Below are positions 1 through 36,955 of a stretch of 64,000 nucleotides of DNA, piece after piece. The translations under genes were made by a program, and so were the position numbers. The stretch is from assembly GCA_964016885.1 (NCBI GenBank), contig OZ024763.1, positions 8,990,001 through 9,054,000 of the forward strand. Direction: 5' to 3'. The notes below the pieces were generated by a model. That model did not search any database and was not told the DNA's origin. It was given only the letters and a program-made list of their open reading frames with translations. How positions within the stretch are numbered: position 1 is the first letter of the stretch; each line of letters begins with the position of its first letter. This DNA comes from Eledone cirrhosa (Eukaryota).

Positions 1-850
1 AGCTGACTGTGGACAAGTGTACCACCATGCATTTTGGGAGGAAAAATCCAGCGTCCACATACTCCCTCCACAACACTGATATCAAGAAGTCCTCTTGCGA
101 ATGTGACCTGAGCATTACTGTCAGCAACGATTTGCGTTGGACGAAGCACATCTCTAAAATTGTCAAGAAGGCTGAGGGTGTTTTGGCATCACTCAGCAAG
201 ACCTTTGTTAGCTGCTTACCAGCCATCTATTTAAAGCTGTATATAGCTATGGTACAACCACACTTGGAATTCGCATCATCAGTCTGGAACCCCTATCTTG
301 CTCAGAACATTGACCTCCTGGAAACTGTTCAGAGACGTGCAATCAAGCGCATACCCTCCATCAGACACCTACCATACTCTGAACGCCTTGCTTCCCTGGG
401 CATTGATTCATTGAAGCTCCGATGTCTGGCAATGGACTTGGTAAACACCCACAAAGTTATTAACCATCTCGCCAACAACAACCCTGAGCACCTTTTTGAT
501 CTCCATGTGTCTAACACACGTGGACATGCCTACAAAGTCAGAAAACAGCACAGCTCCCATGACTTTCGGAAACATTTTTTTCACGCTTAGAGTTGCTGAA
601 GCATGGAACAAACTGCCTGCGTCAGTTGTTAGCTGCTGAGACACTGCATCCTTTAAAACCCTCATGCTTCCCGAAATTCGCCAAAACTACACCCGATGTC
701 CCCCTTTCATACACATGCACACATGTATATATCATGACTCATGCACTGTTCATTTTCCTGACGTTTGTACATTACCCTATGTACTATACATGCACTTTTG
801 ATGAGTTGTAGTGCACCTGAGCACTGTACACAATATTTTCATTATATTAT
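1..850 (+). mobile_element. 3' fragment of CR1/L2-like non-LTR retrotransposon (RT C-terminus, 3' UTR, ATT tail), intronic
   Basis: ORF 9-590 has typical CR1-type RT C-terminal motifs (LYIAMVQPHLEFASSVWNPY, LETVQRRAIKRI, LPYSERLASLG, TRGHAYKV). A frameshift precedes RVAEAWNKLP. A second degraded copy lies at about 38806-39215. Confidence 0.85.
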
Positions 851-968
851 ATCATATGTATGCACACACACATATATATACATCCTCATTTTACACTATT
901 TTTTCTCTGCTACATGTTTTCTGTATACCATGTAAGATGTGATCTTTCCATGTTGGTTTTTCCCACAG

Positions 969-24009
<23,041 letters not shown>

Positions 24010-24845
24010 ATGTGTATATATCAAGAGAATTATTAATTAGCAAGTACATTGTTAATTTAGAATAATGTGTGGAATTATTATAAGAACCTGTTTTGAAGAA
24101 TTAATGAGAGGAAAGAAATGAGTCCACTGATACATTGCTTGCGAGGTGATCACACACCTATAAAGGTTTAGTTGACCTCCTACAAGGTTATATCTCATTG
24201 GAGGTTTCTTGGGTGTTTTAATGATAGGGGCTCCAGTCCTATCATGTTGCTGTTGTTAGAACTCACATCTAACACTCTCCACTTTATCATATAGTCAATA
24301 ATGTGACCCACCACTCACAGTAAGCAATACATGCAGGGTTCAAATTTTACCAATGGACTTGTTTGTTTGTTTTTTTCTCAAATACATTCTTATAAAGTGT
24401 AACACCCTTAAATATAATCCTTTAAAAAGTAGAAATAATTTGTTTTAATAAATATGAGCAAAGTAAATAAGTATAATGTGTGTGTTGTTTTTTCAAGCTA
24501 AAAAATTAGTATCAGAGTTGTGATCTCTCAAATCTGTCCAGTGATTCTTTCCTGAGACATTCTAACCACATGTCTGTAATATCAGAGCTGTGATCCTTAA
24601 AATCTGTCCAGTGATTCTTTCTGAAGACATTCTAACCAAATGTCTATCATATCAAAGCTGTGATCTCTCAATTCGGAGAAGTAGCGGCTCTACCTAGAGT
24701 GACTCTCTGATCTCCGAGTTACGCTCTTTATCAAGTAACATTACTCCAAACACCCCATTTCGGCTGCTTGTATTCACTGGTTAGAATCTCTCAGGAAAGA
24801 ATCGTTGGACAGATTTTATATATGTATACAAATAGCAGCTATATA

Positions 24846-25865
24846 CAGTGGTGGACTGGGTCTAAAACTATTGGTTGTCAGGAGCTGAAGGGGGCCCACC
24901 TACATATAGAATTCTATCGTTTAATTTTTGTAATGAATAAATACCATTTTCAAAAAATACATAAGTGGAAACAAATCAGTGCAATCAAATTTTTGCGGAA
25001 AAATATCTTACCTTCTCCAATAAAAAATAAGTATTTTGCGAAATCCAGAGACTTTCAATAATGACCAAAAGTCGACCCTACATATTACTAATAGCTCTAG
25101 GAAAGATATGAACGACAGCATATCTTTTTAACTTTGATTTTGAAAGTAGGTTTATAATTATCAATTTTCATTAAACTTTTGTAGCTGTCTCGGTGGCCTA
25201 GTTGGAAGAGTCATAGGTGGTAGTGATCATGGTCTGAAGTTCGATCCTGGTTGGGAGTAGGGTTCCCGGTAAGCCTTTTCAGTTTTTTCTATTGGTTGTA
25301 AAATAAAAACTGAAAAAAGGTTACATGTACCACTTGATTGAACCCAAGACCAGGATCTCCACCATCTCTAGTACTTACCGCTAGGCCACAGAGACAACTA
25401 CAAAAATCTCAGGAAAATTCATACTTATAAACCTACTTTCAAAATTTTCCAAACAAAGTGTTGTGTTGTCGTTCATGTCTTTCTTAATGTTATTGCTCCT
25501 ACCTAAGGTCGACTTCTAAATCATTTGGATGTCCCATAAACTACATCCTCATTTTGTTTCACATCTATCTAGACCTCATTTTAACCTATAATCCATGTTT
25601 CATTTTTGTACAATCACTGATTCCAGCTATTTGCACTATCGTATATTTTGGTTTCTAGTAATTCCCTGAGGAATTGGTTGAAGCAAATGCTTTGCTTAAA
25701 AGTTTTATTTATTTAAAAAAAAAATGTTTATTCTTTCTGTTAGATTTCAGATATTTTTTGAAAGCAAAGCATTGGCCCCTAAAATATTACAGTGGGCCCT
25801 GCAATGCTACTGTGGGCTCTTGCAATGCAACCTTGCCATTGGGCAACCTGGCCAGTCTGCCACTG
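24846..25865. mobile_element. hAT-like non-autonomous element with internal inverted tRNA-like arms
   Basis: TIRs cagtggtggactgg / ccagtctgccactg. Flanks gctatata / ggtatata (8 bp, 1 mismatch). Confidence 0.65.
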
Positions 25866-26499
25866 GGTATATATATATATATAAATATATGTATAAATAT
25901 ATCCTTTCAGTGTTTCATGATGGTAGACTTATTAAATTCCTTTGTTACTAGACGAAGCAACGTTTAGTTCAACAAAGGCTGCACCCTTGATAAGTAGATG
26001 CTGTGGTTTAGTGTGACAATTAATTTGTAATAACGCTGATACTTCTACTACTGCTACTACTACTGTTGCTGCTGCTACTGTTGCTGATCTTCTACTGTTG
26101 CTGATCTTCTACTGCTGCTGCTACTACTACTGATAATCATGATGATGGAGGAGGGGGGTGAGAACCTGAAGACTACATAGGGATTTCATGTATGAATAGA
26201 TTAGTCTTTTTGTTTTCAATGGAGGGGAAATATTTTGAAATGATATCTAGATGTTTGACTAAGAGACCACATTGTGTCAAACAAGAGCTCAGATGAAATA
26301 ATATTCTGCTTAAGTAGTTTTAGCGGAAGAATGTCTTTGTGAGTGGTTTTCTCTGTTTTATAAACTTGTTGCTTCTTTAAAGCCCTGTTATAGAGAAACT
26401 AACGGTTCTACCAACAAATTATACCCTAATCTATGTGTGTGTATATATATATATATACAGAGCCATGGATTTTATCTATTACATTCACTTATATTTAGA

Positions 26500-26557
26500 A
26501 TACCTGATGATATCACCGGATTCATACGGAACCCGGTCATTGAAATGATCATAGTAT
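26500..26557 (+). ncRNA. Minimal hammerhead ribozyme (Penelope-type)
   Basis: atac-CTGATGA-tatcaccgg..ccggtcatt-GAAA-tgatcaTA-gtat, with palindromic stem III (atgatcat). Confidence 0.6.
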
Positions 26558-26831
26558 AATAAACCTTTCAAGGATTTACACAAATCCAGCCTCCTGTCGT
26601 TTCATTATAATATTTAACTCCGTACTACCACCACCAACTACAAAAACCAAGACGGTTGAACTGCTTTACGTTGAGTACTCTCTATATTATTACATTACGA
26701 TTGACCATACGGAATAGACCAGCTCCATACAGTGGTGAACCTCAAACCTGAATATATATATATACATATATATATACATATAAATATATATATATACATA
26801 TAAATATATATATACATATATATATATATAC

Positions 26832-26894
<63 letters not shown>

Positions 26895-27055
26895 CACATA
26901 TATATATATATATACACATATATATATATATACACATATATATATATATACATATATATATACATATATATATATACATATATATATACATATATATATA
27001 TACATATATATATATACATATATATATACATATATATATATACATATATATATAC

Positions 27056-27142
<87 letters not shown>

Positions 27143-27219
27143 CATATATATATATATACATATATACATATATATATACATACATATATATATATATTCA
27201 TATATATATATATATATTC

Positions 27220-27254
<35 letters not shown>

Positions 27255-27279
27255 CATATATATACATATATATATATAT

Positions 27280-27839
27280 CATCATCATCACCGTTTTATG
27301 TCCGTTCTTCCACGCTAGCATGGGTTAGACGGGTTGTCCTGTTGTGGGCAGTATCTGGTCGGCTGACCATGCCTTGCTCATACAGGAACTGATTTGGCTT
27401 GATTTCTACAGCTGGATGCCCTTCCTAACACCAACCTCTTTTACAGTGAGTGCTGGGTGCTTTTTCGTGGCGCCTACACGTCCACTTTACAGTGTGGGCT
27501 GGGTGCTTTTTTGCCGTGGCACCTCCACGACCACCTTGCAGTGGGAGGGTGTGGGGGTATATTGTCTATATGCTTCAGCTTCTACCCATGGGAGGTCGGG
27601 TACTCTGTATTACTGCGTGACGCCAGAGGTCACGGTCGTGTGTCATTGCCTTTGAGAGGTGTAATTGGGTAACATCGGCTTTTATCACCTCATCCCAGGT
27701 CATCTTGGGTCTCCCCACTCCGCGGTTTCCATCGACTTCTAGTGCTCTGCACCTTTTTATGCAGCTGTCATCCATCATACGCATCACATGTCCATACCAA
27801 CACAACCGCCTCTCCTGCACACAGCTTTTGATTCCTCTT
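27280..27839 (-). mobile_element. 3' fragment of RTE-clade LINE, near-identical to 29617-30190
   Basis: [21 protein letters not shown]...[11 protein letters not shown], 3' UTR and (GAT)n tail. Confidence 0.9.
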
Positions 27840-27951
27840 ATATATATATATATACATATATATATACATATATATATATATACATATATACATATATATA
27901 TATATATACATATATACATATATATATATACATATATACATATATATATAT

Positions 27952-27984
<33 letters not shown>

Positions 27985-28066
27985 TATATACATATATATA
28001 TATACATATACATATATATATACATATACATATATATATATATATATCCATATATATCCATATATA

Positions 28067-28725
28067 TCGTTGATTTATTATTTTAAATCGATATGGACAA
28101 ACTGTAGTATAATAATTAGTATACTTCAATCTGGCTAAATTTTTCTTTTGCAATATATATACAGATGTGTTGGTATCTGTGTTTCATCACATACATATTA
28201 ATTTATACACTGCTCAGGGGGAATTTTCCTCCTTCGAGCTGATTCCATTGTAAAAGAATTCATTACCTTATTAATTTTAACTGCTCCTAGTTTGAGCTGC
28301 AAGCCGCCTCATATATACGACTGTTATTTCTAGCAGTGCGGTTATGAGACTAGTTAGATACTGTAAAACCATGTGCATCACGCAGTCTTTTAAATTATTT
28401 AGAAGTGAAGCATATCAATTTGTCTCTGGATGTTTACTGAGGAGAGCAGGACATGATATTCCTACACTTATTTAACTCGAAACATATTTGGATCTTAAAG
28501 TTTAAACTTATCTACGGAACAGGTTTGATTTTGAAATTTAAATGTGTCTAAACATCACGGCCTCTTGGCAATACAGCTCGTCTTCGTTGATTTATTATTT
28601 TAAATCGATATGGACAAACTGTAGTATAATAATTAGTATACTTCAATCTGGCTAAATTTTTCTTTTGCAATATATATACAGATGTGTTGGTATCTGTGTT
28701 TCATCACATACATATTAATTTATAT
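28067..28725 (+). mobile_element. Non-coding element with ~140-bp direct terminal repeats (28067-28205 / 28585-28725) and an internal hammerhead ribozyme
   Basis: tcgttgatttattattttaaatcgatatggac...catattaatttata occurs twice. (TA)n flanks on both sides. Confidence 0.7.
28429..28556 (+). ncRNA. Type I hammerhead ribozyme with extended stem III
   Basis: Stem I gatgttta/taaacatc (8 bp), CTGAGGA, stem II gag..ctc, GAAA at 28479, stem III acatattt/aaatgtgt, GUC at 28546-28548. Confidence 0.75.
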
Positions 28726-28743
28726 CCATATATATATATATAT

Positions 28744-28775
<32 letters not shown>

Positions 28776-28791
28776 CCATATATATATATAT

Positions 28792-28851
<60 letters not shown>

Positions 28852-28859
28852 ATATATAT

Positions 28860-28890
<31 letters not shown>

Positions 28891-28895
28891 CATAT

Positions 28896-31800
28896 AGAAA
28901 AGATGAATATCAAATGAAAGTGCTTTTATAAAGGAATTTATTAGGTATTTACATATGTTTCTGTAACAGACGGAATACCTATGTATCGCTGCTTGCGTAG
29001 TCATATAATGTTAGCGAGTACTCGATAGCAAATGTATAATCAGTTGTCACTTCTTCATAGATATTGGATAAATTGGAAAAAATCAGAAAAATTGAAGTAT
29101 TTATATTAGTTGTAAGAAAGGAAGAAGAGAAGGGATAGTATATGACAGATGGCAATTCAATTTACTGGTAAACAAGTATATAGAAGGTTTTTAATGAGAA
29201 TACAATGAGTATATGGCTTATTTTATCTAAATAAGAATTTTTGGTGCCTATTTTAATGTATATTTGACCAATTGAACAATGGACAGGGCTGGTCGTTTGG
29301 TGTAGTAGTATTAATACAGATATAAAGTGTCAATTAAGGAAGAGGGAGATTTTCACTGCTACTGTATAACAACAATGTTGGTAGCCTGCTGGTATATGCA
29401 TTAGGGAATTGAATTAAGAAATCTCATTTTATCTATAGCAGTTTATATTAAATGGTAAAGAATAGAAGAGTTGATAGAATTAAGACTAATAGAGAATGTT
29501 AATATGTATTTTGACAATCAAACGGAGATGGAGACAGGCGTTCAATCCTGGTAGCATTTGTAATATGAAAATGTAGATTTCAAGCGATTACAGTATAACG
29601 ATCGCTCTATTCTGTTCATCATCATCATCATCATCACCGTTTTACGTCCGTTCTTCCACGCTAGCATGGGTTAGACGGGTTGTCCTGTTGTGGGCAGTGT
29701 CTGGTCGGCTGACCATGCCTTGCTCATACAGGAACTGATCTGGCTTGATTTCTACAGCTGGATGCCCTTCCTAACACCAACCTCATTTACAGTGAGTGCT
29801 GGGTGCTTTTTCGTGGCGCCTACACGTCCACTTTACAGTGTGGGCTGGGTGCTTTTTTGCCGTGGCACCTCCACGACCACCTTGCGGTGGGGGGGGGGGG
29901 GGGGGGCATATTGTTTATATGCTTCAGCATGTATCCATGGGAGGTCGGGTACCCTGTATTACTGCGTGACGCCAGAAGTCACGGTCGTGTGTCATTGACT
30001 TTGAGAGGTGTAGTTGGGTAAGGTCGGCTTTTATCACCTCATCCCAAGTCATCTTGGGTCTCCCCACTCCGCGGTTTCCATCAACTTCTAGTGCTCTGCA
30101 CCTTTTTATGCAGCTGTCATCCTTCATACGCATCACATGTCCATACCAGCGTAACCGCCTCTCCTGCACGCAGCATTTGATTCCTCTTATGCTCAGTCTC
30201 TCTCTCAATTCATTTATGCTTTGTCGTTCACGTATATTACTGTTACACATCCATCGGAGCATGCAGGCTTCGTTTCTCTCTAATCTACGTAAGTCTTCCA
30301 CCTTCAGCGCCCAGGTCTCACTACCATGCAACATCGCTGTTCGGATACACGCATCATACAGTCTGCCTTTCATTCTGAGGGAGAAGCCTTTTGCAGCTAG
30401 CAGTGGTAGTAGTTCCCTAAACTTCTTCCATCCCGTTCTTACCCTAGTTATTGTACTTTCTGAGCACCCACCTCCGTTGCTAATTCGGTCACCTAGGTAG
30501 CAGAAGCTGTCTACTGTTTCTACAGGGCCCTCCCAGAGATTGGTGGTACTTGTTTCCTGTGGCTGTTTGCTTGCTGTTTCAGCACAGCTGCTGCATGTGA
30601 ATCCTACATTCTTAATTAAGCTTCCTGAGATCCCGCTACATCTCTTGTGTACCCATTGTTTGCATTTGGGGCAAAGAATGGAGTTCCTACCTACACCTTT
30701 CCTACATACTGAGCAAGGCCATTTCCCTGAGGGGATCTGGGTTCTGTTTTCTCGTCTACTTATAAGGACCTTAGTCTTTGTCATGTTGACTTTGAGGCCC
30801 TTTCTCTCTAGTCCCTGCTTCCAGGTTTGGAATTTATTCTCTAGTTCTACCATAGATTCAGCTATGAGTGCGAGGTCATCAGCATACAGGAGTTCCCATG
30901 GGCATCCGGTCTTAAACTCCTCCGTTATTGCCTGCAGGACTATGATGAACAGGAGAGGGCTAAGAACAGAGCCCTGGTGGACCCCAACCTGTACGCTAAA
31001 TTCCTCGCTATACTCATTGCCAATCCTAACTTTGCTGACTGCTCCCCTATACATGGCTTGAACCGCTTTCACAAGCCATTCATCTACTCCTAGTTTTCTA
31101 AGAGCCCACCAGATTACTGCACGTGGAACTCTGTCAAAGGCTTTCTCAAGGTCGACAAATGCCAAGTAGAGTGGCTTACTTTTAGCTAGGTACTTTTCCT
31201 GTAATTGCCTCACAAGGAAGAGCGCATCAGTGGTGCCTTTCCCTGGTACAAACCCAAATTGCATCTCGTCTATATTCACCCGGTCCCTAATCAGCTGTGC
31301 TATAACTCTTTCTGTTACTTTCATGACCTGGTCCATCAACTTTATACCTCTATAGTTTCCTCTATCTAGTGCATCCCCTTTACCTTTGTAGCAGTTGACA
31401 ATGATGCTACTGCACCAATCTTTTGGTATGGCCCCCTCTAGTATTACCTGGTTAACGATACGTGTGGTTATAGTGTGACCTACAGACCCAGATGCCTTCA
31501 GCATCTCGGCAGCTATACCCGATGGACCGGTTGCCTTCCCTATCTTCATATCTCTGATTGCCTTACTTACTACGCTGCCGCTGACTTGTACTGCTGGTCC
31601 CTCTATAGGGTCTACGTGGGGTAGGGTCTCTTCTTCCCATGCATTCTCCTCATTTAGTAATCTATCATAATGACTCTTCCATGCATCTTTCTTCTCAGCA
31701 CTTGTGAGGGCAAGCTCACCCTTATCATTCCGGATACACTTCTCTCCAATGACATCACAACTATCTCTGACACACTGCCTCGCAATCTTGAATACCTCCT

Positions 31801-34250
31801 GTTTCTGGTCCTCACGTTGTAAAACATGCTTGAATTTTCTATCCTCTGCTTCCCTCCTAGCTAAGTATACTTGTCGCCTAGCTTCCCTCTTGGTCTCTAT
31901 GTAATGTACCCTGCTCCCCCCGTTCTTCCATTCTTTCCATGCCTGTCTCTTGGCCTTGACTGCTTCATCTACCTTATTGTTCCACCACCAAGTCACTCTC
32001 CTCCTGCTTGAGGTCTTACTCCAGCCACAAACCTCATCCGTCGCCTCTAGTAAGTTATTTTTTAGGAACTCCCAGTTCTCTTCTACGTTAAATGTCTCTA
32101 TCTGTTCTTCTTTACTGTCGTAGGCGTTGAGTAAAATATCTTTAAATCTGTTACTGGTTGAGGGGACTTTCAGCTTCCAGATCTTTCTTCTCCAGGTTGG
32201 CCTCTGTTTCAGGGCTCGTCTAGTTCTGACCGTGAGGTCGCTGACAACTAAGCTATGTTGGGATGTACATTCCTCACTAGGGAAGGCTTTTGTGTTTACG
32301 ACCGTCCATCTGTCACGTCCTCTGATGAGGATAAAATCTAACTGACTAGAGTGCTCCCCTGATCTATAGGTGATCAGGTGGTTGTCGGGTTTTTTAAAGT
32401 TTGTGTTACATATCGACATGTCATTGGCGTCGCAGAATTCTAGAAGTCTGAATCCTTCCTCATTCCTTGTGCCAACTCCATGGCCTCCATGTACTCTATT
32501 GAAGCCGTCGCAGTGTTTACCTACGTGTCCGTTAAAATCTCCTGCAATGATTAGGAAGTCCTTGTCGTCTGTTAGAGCAGTAGTGTGTATTAGGGACTCG
32601 TAAAACCTATCCTTAAGTTCGTCTGGCAACCCCGATTGGGGTGCGTAAGCTGATATTATTGTGGTAATTGTCTTATTCAGGACTTATTCTGTTATTTAAT
32701 AAAATATTTTTGGATTTCATAATACAAAATAATTCCATATTACACAATTTACAAAATTCCTGTCCTTGTAAATATGCAGGGGCAACTGCTATTACATCCC
32801 ATTTTAGGTTAAATTGTTGGTTATTTTCGCGCAGCTGCCAAGCCTTGTCTGCGAGTGTTGTTACATAATGCTGGTTTTCATGTTTTATCGAGTAACAATG
32901 TCTATAAAGGCGAGATTTGAAGGAGGTAGCTGTAGACCCCACATAGTACCACTTCTGGCTACCCGATTCGATAGTACATTTGTATATGATGTCGCGTTCA
33001 AGACACTGATTGTTCAACGGACACATTCCTGGTTGGACACAGTTACAGTTATAATTTTGCGTTGTTGTATTAGCATGGATGGGTTGATGAGGTTGCTTAG
33101 GCAGGACGGAATGTTGTTTGTTGTTTTGTGATGTTATAGCCGATGTTTTACGTGTATTGTTATGTGTTGGAAGGCGTTTATACAACCGTTTTGCGTTAAG
33201 CTTTTTTATATGTTGTTCAATATTAGGGGCGGTTGAATATGAAAGTCGAATAGTGTTAGGGTTTAAGATTTTATTATATTTATGTGATGTTGGAAAGTGT
33301 TTTTTAACTAATCGAAAGAATTGTGAGGGTAGATTGGTTTTAATAGAGTTGTTATAGACCGGGTTGTACCATATATACTCTTTACATCGCCTTCTGTTTG
33401 GTGGTGTGCGACTATTAGTGTGTCTATTGCGGTAGTGTATGTATGGTGGTGATTCTATGCTATTTCTACCTCTATGAGATTTATTTTGGGTGTTTTGGTG
33501 ATCGTCGACTATATACTCTATATTATCTAGGTGTCCAGCCTTCCTAAGTGCAATCATCATAATATTGGGCATGTTCTTTGAAGGTTTGATGGTTGGATGA
33601 CAGGCGGGAGATTCTAAGGGAAATATTTCTAGGGATGGATTTAATTATAGAGGGTGGATGGTTAGAACCCGTATTTACATATTTAAGGTTCTCATTTAGT
33701 TTATGGAATGGTTTAATCGTTTCTGTATTGAGATTCAAAGTAACATCAAGGAAACTAACCTCTTTGAGGTTATATTCAAACGTAACATTTAATCCTAGTT
33801 CCTTAAAAAGCTTTCTAATATTTTTATGCATCCTTTCTAAATTCTGGTTATTCATATGCTTATAGATTCATATGCTCATAGATTAAAATAGGCACTCCCA
33901 AAAATTCTTATTTAGATAAAATAAGCCATATACTCATTGTATTCTCATTAAAAACCTTCTATATACTTGTTTACCAGTAAATTGAATTGCCATCTGTCAT
34001 ATACTATCCCCTCTCTTCTTCCTTTCTTACAACTAATATAAATACTCCAATTTTTCTGATTTTTTCCAATTTATCCAATATCTCTGAAGAAGTGACAACT
34101 GATTATACATTTGCTATCGAGTACTCGCTAACATTATATGATTACGCAAGCAGCGATACATAGGTATTCCGTCTGTTACAGAAACATATGTCAATACCTA
34201 ATAAATTCCTCTATAAAAGCACTTTCATTTTATATTCATCTTTTCTACAT
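28896..34250 (-). mobile_element. 5'-truncated Penelope-like element (RT C-terminus + GIY-YIG endonuclease) with ~360-bp inverted terminal segments, interrupted by an RTE LINE
   Basis: ORFs 33544-33855 (VSFLDVTLNL, YVNTGSNHPPSI) and 32685-33572 (IWYNPVY, IIYKCTI..YYVGST..FKSRLYRH, CKLCNME). The frame resumes at 29616-29542 (NRIERSLYC...*). 28896-29255 is the reverse complement of 33885-34248. Confidence 0.9.
29617..32684 (-). mobile_element. RTE-clade LINE, 5'-truncated in the endonuclease, ORF open for more than 900 aa
   Basis: ISAYAPQ, IAGDFNGHVG, LDFILI, NYRGIKL, FVDLEKAFDRVP, GVHQGSVLSP, LYADD, Cys-rich insert. (GAT)n tail. 9-bp TSD tattctgtt at 29608-29616 and 32685-32693. Confidence 0.95.
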
Positions 34251-34349
34251 TTTCTCAGGAATCTAATTTATACTCGTTGAGCAAACCTACACGTACGCTG
34301 TTCATCTCTAACGTGACGATATATTATCACTACATTATTGATAACTTGA

Positions 34350-34411
<62 letters not shown>

Positions 34412-34942
34412 TCCAAGATTCTAATGAATAAGTCTGAGCATTTTATAACAACTAGAAATTGATTAACATATAAATAAACATATGAAACAATCACAGGGGA
34501 TAATTTTTACAAGTGTGTAAGCACACATAGCTAGGTAGGTAACTAAATAAAGTTAACTAGAACTTCAAAAATAGATACCTTATAATATGATTAATCTTCC
34601 CTGTATATATTCCATTAAAGAAATATATTCCACCAATTAATCGAATGGTAAACCACAGAGGCCGATACTTGGATTTTCAACAAGGAAGAAGTCCAGCCAT
34701 CTGTGTTTACGCATTAAGTTCAAATCAGCGACTGGCCAGTAACACGTGCTGTATCTACTAAAAATAAACACATCATACCAGCCTCGTCCCAGTGGCGTGA
34801 ATAGAGTTATCGACAACTTGAAACAGCAGTCAAGTCCTTTCAACAGAGTTAGCTCTACAATTAAGGAGCCGTATTTATATATCTATATCCAAAATTAAGA
34901 TAAATCAAAGTGAATTTAATCTAAATATATATATACATACAG

Positions 34943-34999
<57 letters not shown>

Positions 35000-35066
35000 C
35001 AGCTATATATATATATATATATACAATATTAAATAAATGGAAAACTATATTTATAAAACCATATTT

Positions 35067-35130
35067 ATTTCATTATATATATTTCGGGGATATCATATTA
35101 ACAATATGTTATGCCTTCATCAGACAAAAT
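35067..35130 (-). ncRNA. Minimal hammerhead ribozyme, diverged member of the 5372/59995 family
   Basis: attttgt-CTGATGA-aggcataacata..tatgatatcccc-GAAA-tatataTA-atgaaat. Confidence 0.6.
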
Positions 35131-35396
35131 ACAATATAAACAGTTTTATAGATAAATATATTCGACATACCGTAATAAACATCAACTTCATTTGAAGAGG
35201 TTTACTCTAGCAGTCAGTTTACTCTATTTAAATATAACTTTACATATATATATATATATATATGTTATGCCTTCATCAGACAAAATACAATATAAACAGT
35301 TTTATAGATAAATATATTCGACATACCGTAATAAACATCAACTTCATTTGAAGAGGTTTACTCTAGCAGTCAGTTTACTCTATTTAAATATAACTT

Positions 35397-35432
<36 letters not shown>

Positions 35433-35435
35433 CAG

Positions 35436-35502
<67 letters not shown>

Positions 35503-36174
35503 CATATATATACATACAGCTATATATATATATATTTACATACATATATACATACAGCTATATATATATATATATATATATATACATACATACAGCTATA
35601 TATATATATATATACATACAGCTATATATATATACATACAGCTATATATATATATATATATATATACATACAGCTATATATATATATATATATATATACA
35701 GCTATATATATATATATACAGCTTTATATATATATATATATATATACATATACATACACATACAGCTTTATATATATATTTATATATATATATACATACA
35801 TACAGCTATATATATATATATACACACCTATATATATATATGTGTGTGTGTGTGCGTATATTCTAAAGCCTTATTATAGGAGCTGCTATGTCAATAAATC
35901 TACTTTGCCTAAGGCACTCCTGACTGTAGAGTTATTTGCTAACAAATACTTGCAAATATAATATCATCTACATGTATACAGTGTTTGTGAGTTGTGTGTA
36001 TGTATGTGTGTGTGTGTTTGTATATATATATATCACACACATATATACGGGAGTTGTCCCACTTAAGGCAAGGCTGGGCGGGTGACCGTGACTCGCTCAT
36101 ATAGGACTATCTGGCAGGTTTTCTACGGCTGGATGCCCTTCCTAACACCAACCACATTTACATATATATATATA

Positions 36175-36760
36175 CTAGCTAAACTACCCGTGCTTTGGAC
36201 GGTTCAAGTAGCTTTCGATGTAGCTCATTAAACTAAACAAAGTAAATTTGAATACATAGAAGAAAAACGTACTTTATGTAAACATGAAAACCTTAGGCAC
36301 TATTCCAGCGAAATAATTAATATGTGAGCTCAGTGTCAACAGAAATCCAGTCTAGGTATAAATTTTTTTGACAACAGTAAAAGTGCATCATGAATTAGAG
36401 AAGTGAAGTGAATAATAGACACTATTATGTACAAAGCATAATATTGTAAAAGTTATGACATCACTTAATGTATGAACATCAAGCTTGAAACGATAAATTA
36501 TACAATGTCAAATCTATAACTTAACTTAGTAATCTGTTAGAAATTGCTGGTTGTGAAATATACAAAATGATATTGTTAGTCTCAAGGAAGCGTACCTTTT
36601 GTTTCAAGTACAAAGTGTAAATTAAAATCCGAATGAGCCGAATTATGAAAGATAACTCTTGTCTTACTTAAAGATAAGTCTTGTCTTACTTAATCACGAA
36701 AATTGACACAAATAACCGAAACTTTTTTAATGTCTCCAAAGGCCCCAATATATATATATA
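36175..36760 (-). mobile_element. Possible non-autonomous Helitron remnant
   Basis: On the minus strand a hairpin (accgtcc..gcacgggt) is followed by CTAG|T. The 5' end is not resolved. Confidence 0.4.
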
Positions 36761-36907
36761 TATAAAATAAGTAAGTATATGTGTGTGTATGTGTGTGTGT
36801 GTGTGTATGGGGGGGGGGGTATATATATATATATATATAAGTATATGTGTGTGTGTGTATGGGGGGGTATATATATATATAAGTATATGTGTGTGTGTAT
36901 GGGGGGG

Positions 36908-36955
<48 letters not shown>

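Noticed and set aside
30054-32603. Plus-strand ORFs over the RTE, and minus-strand ORFs over the Tx1, mariner and RTE copies
   Set aside because: Antisense shadows of transposon coding sequence.
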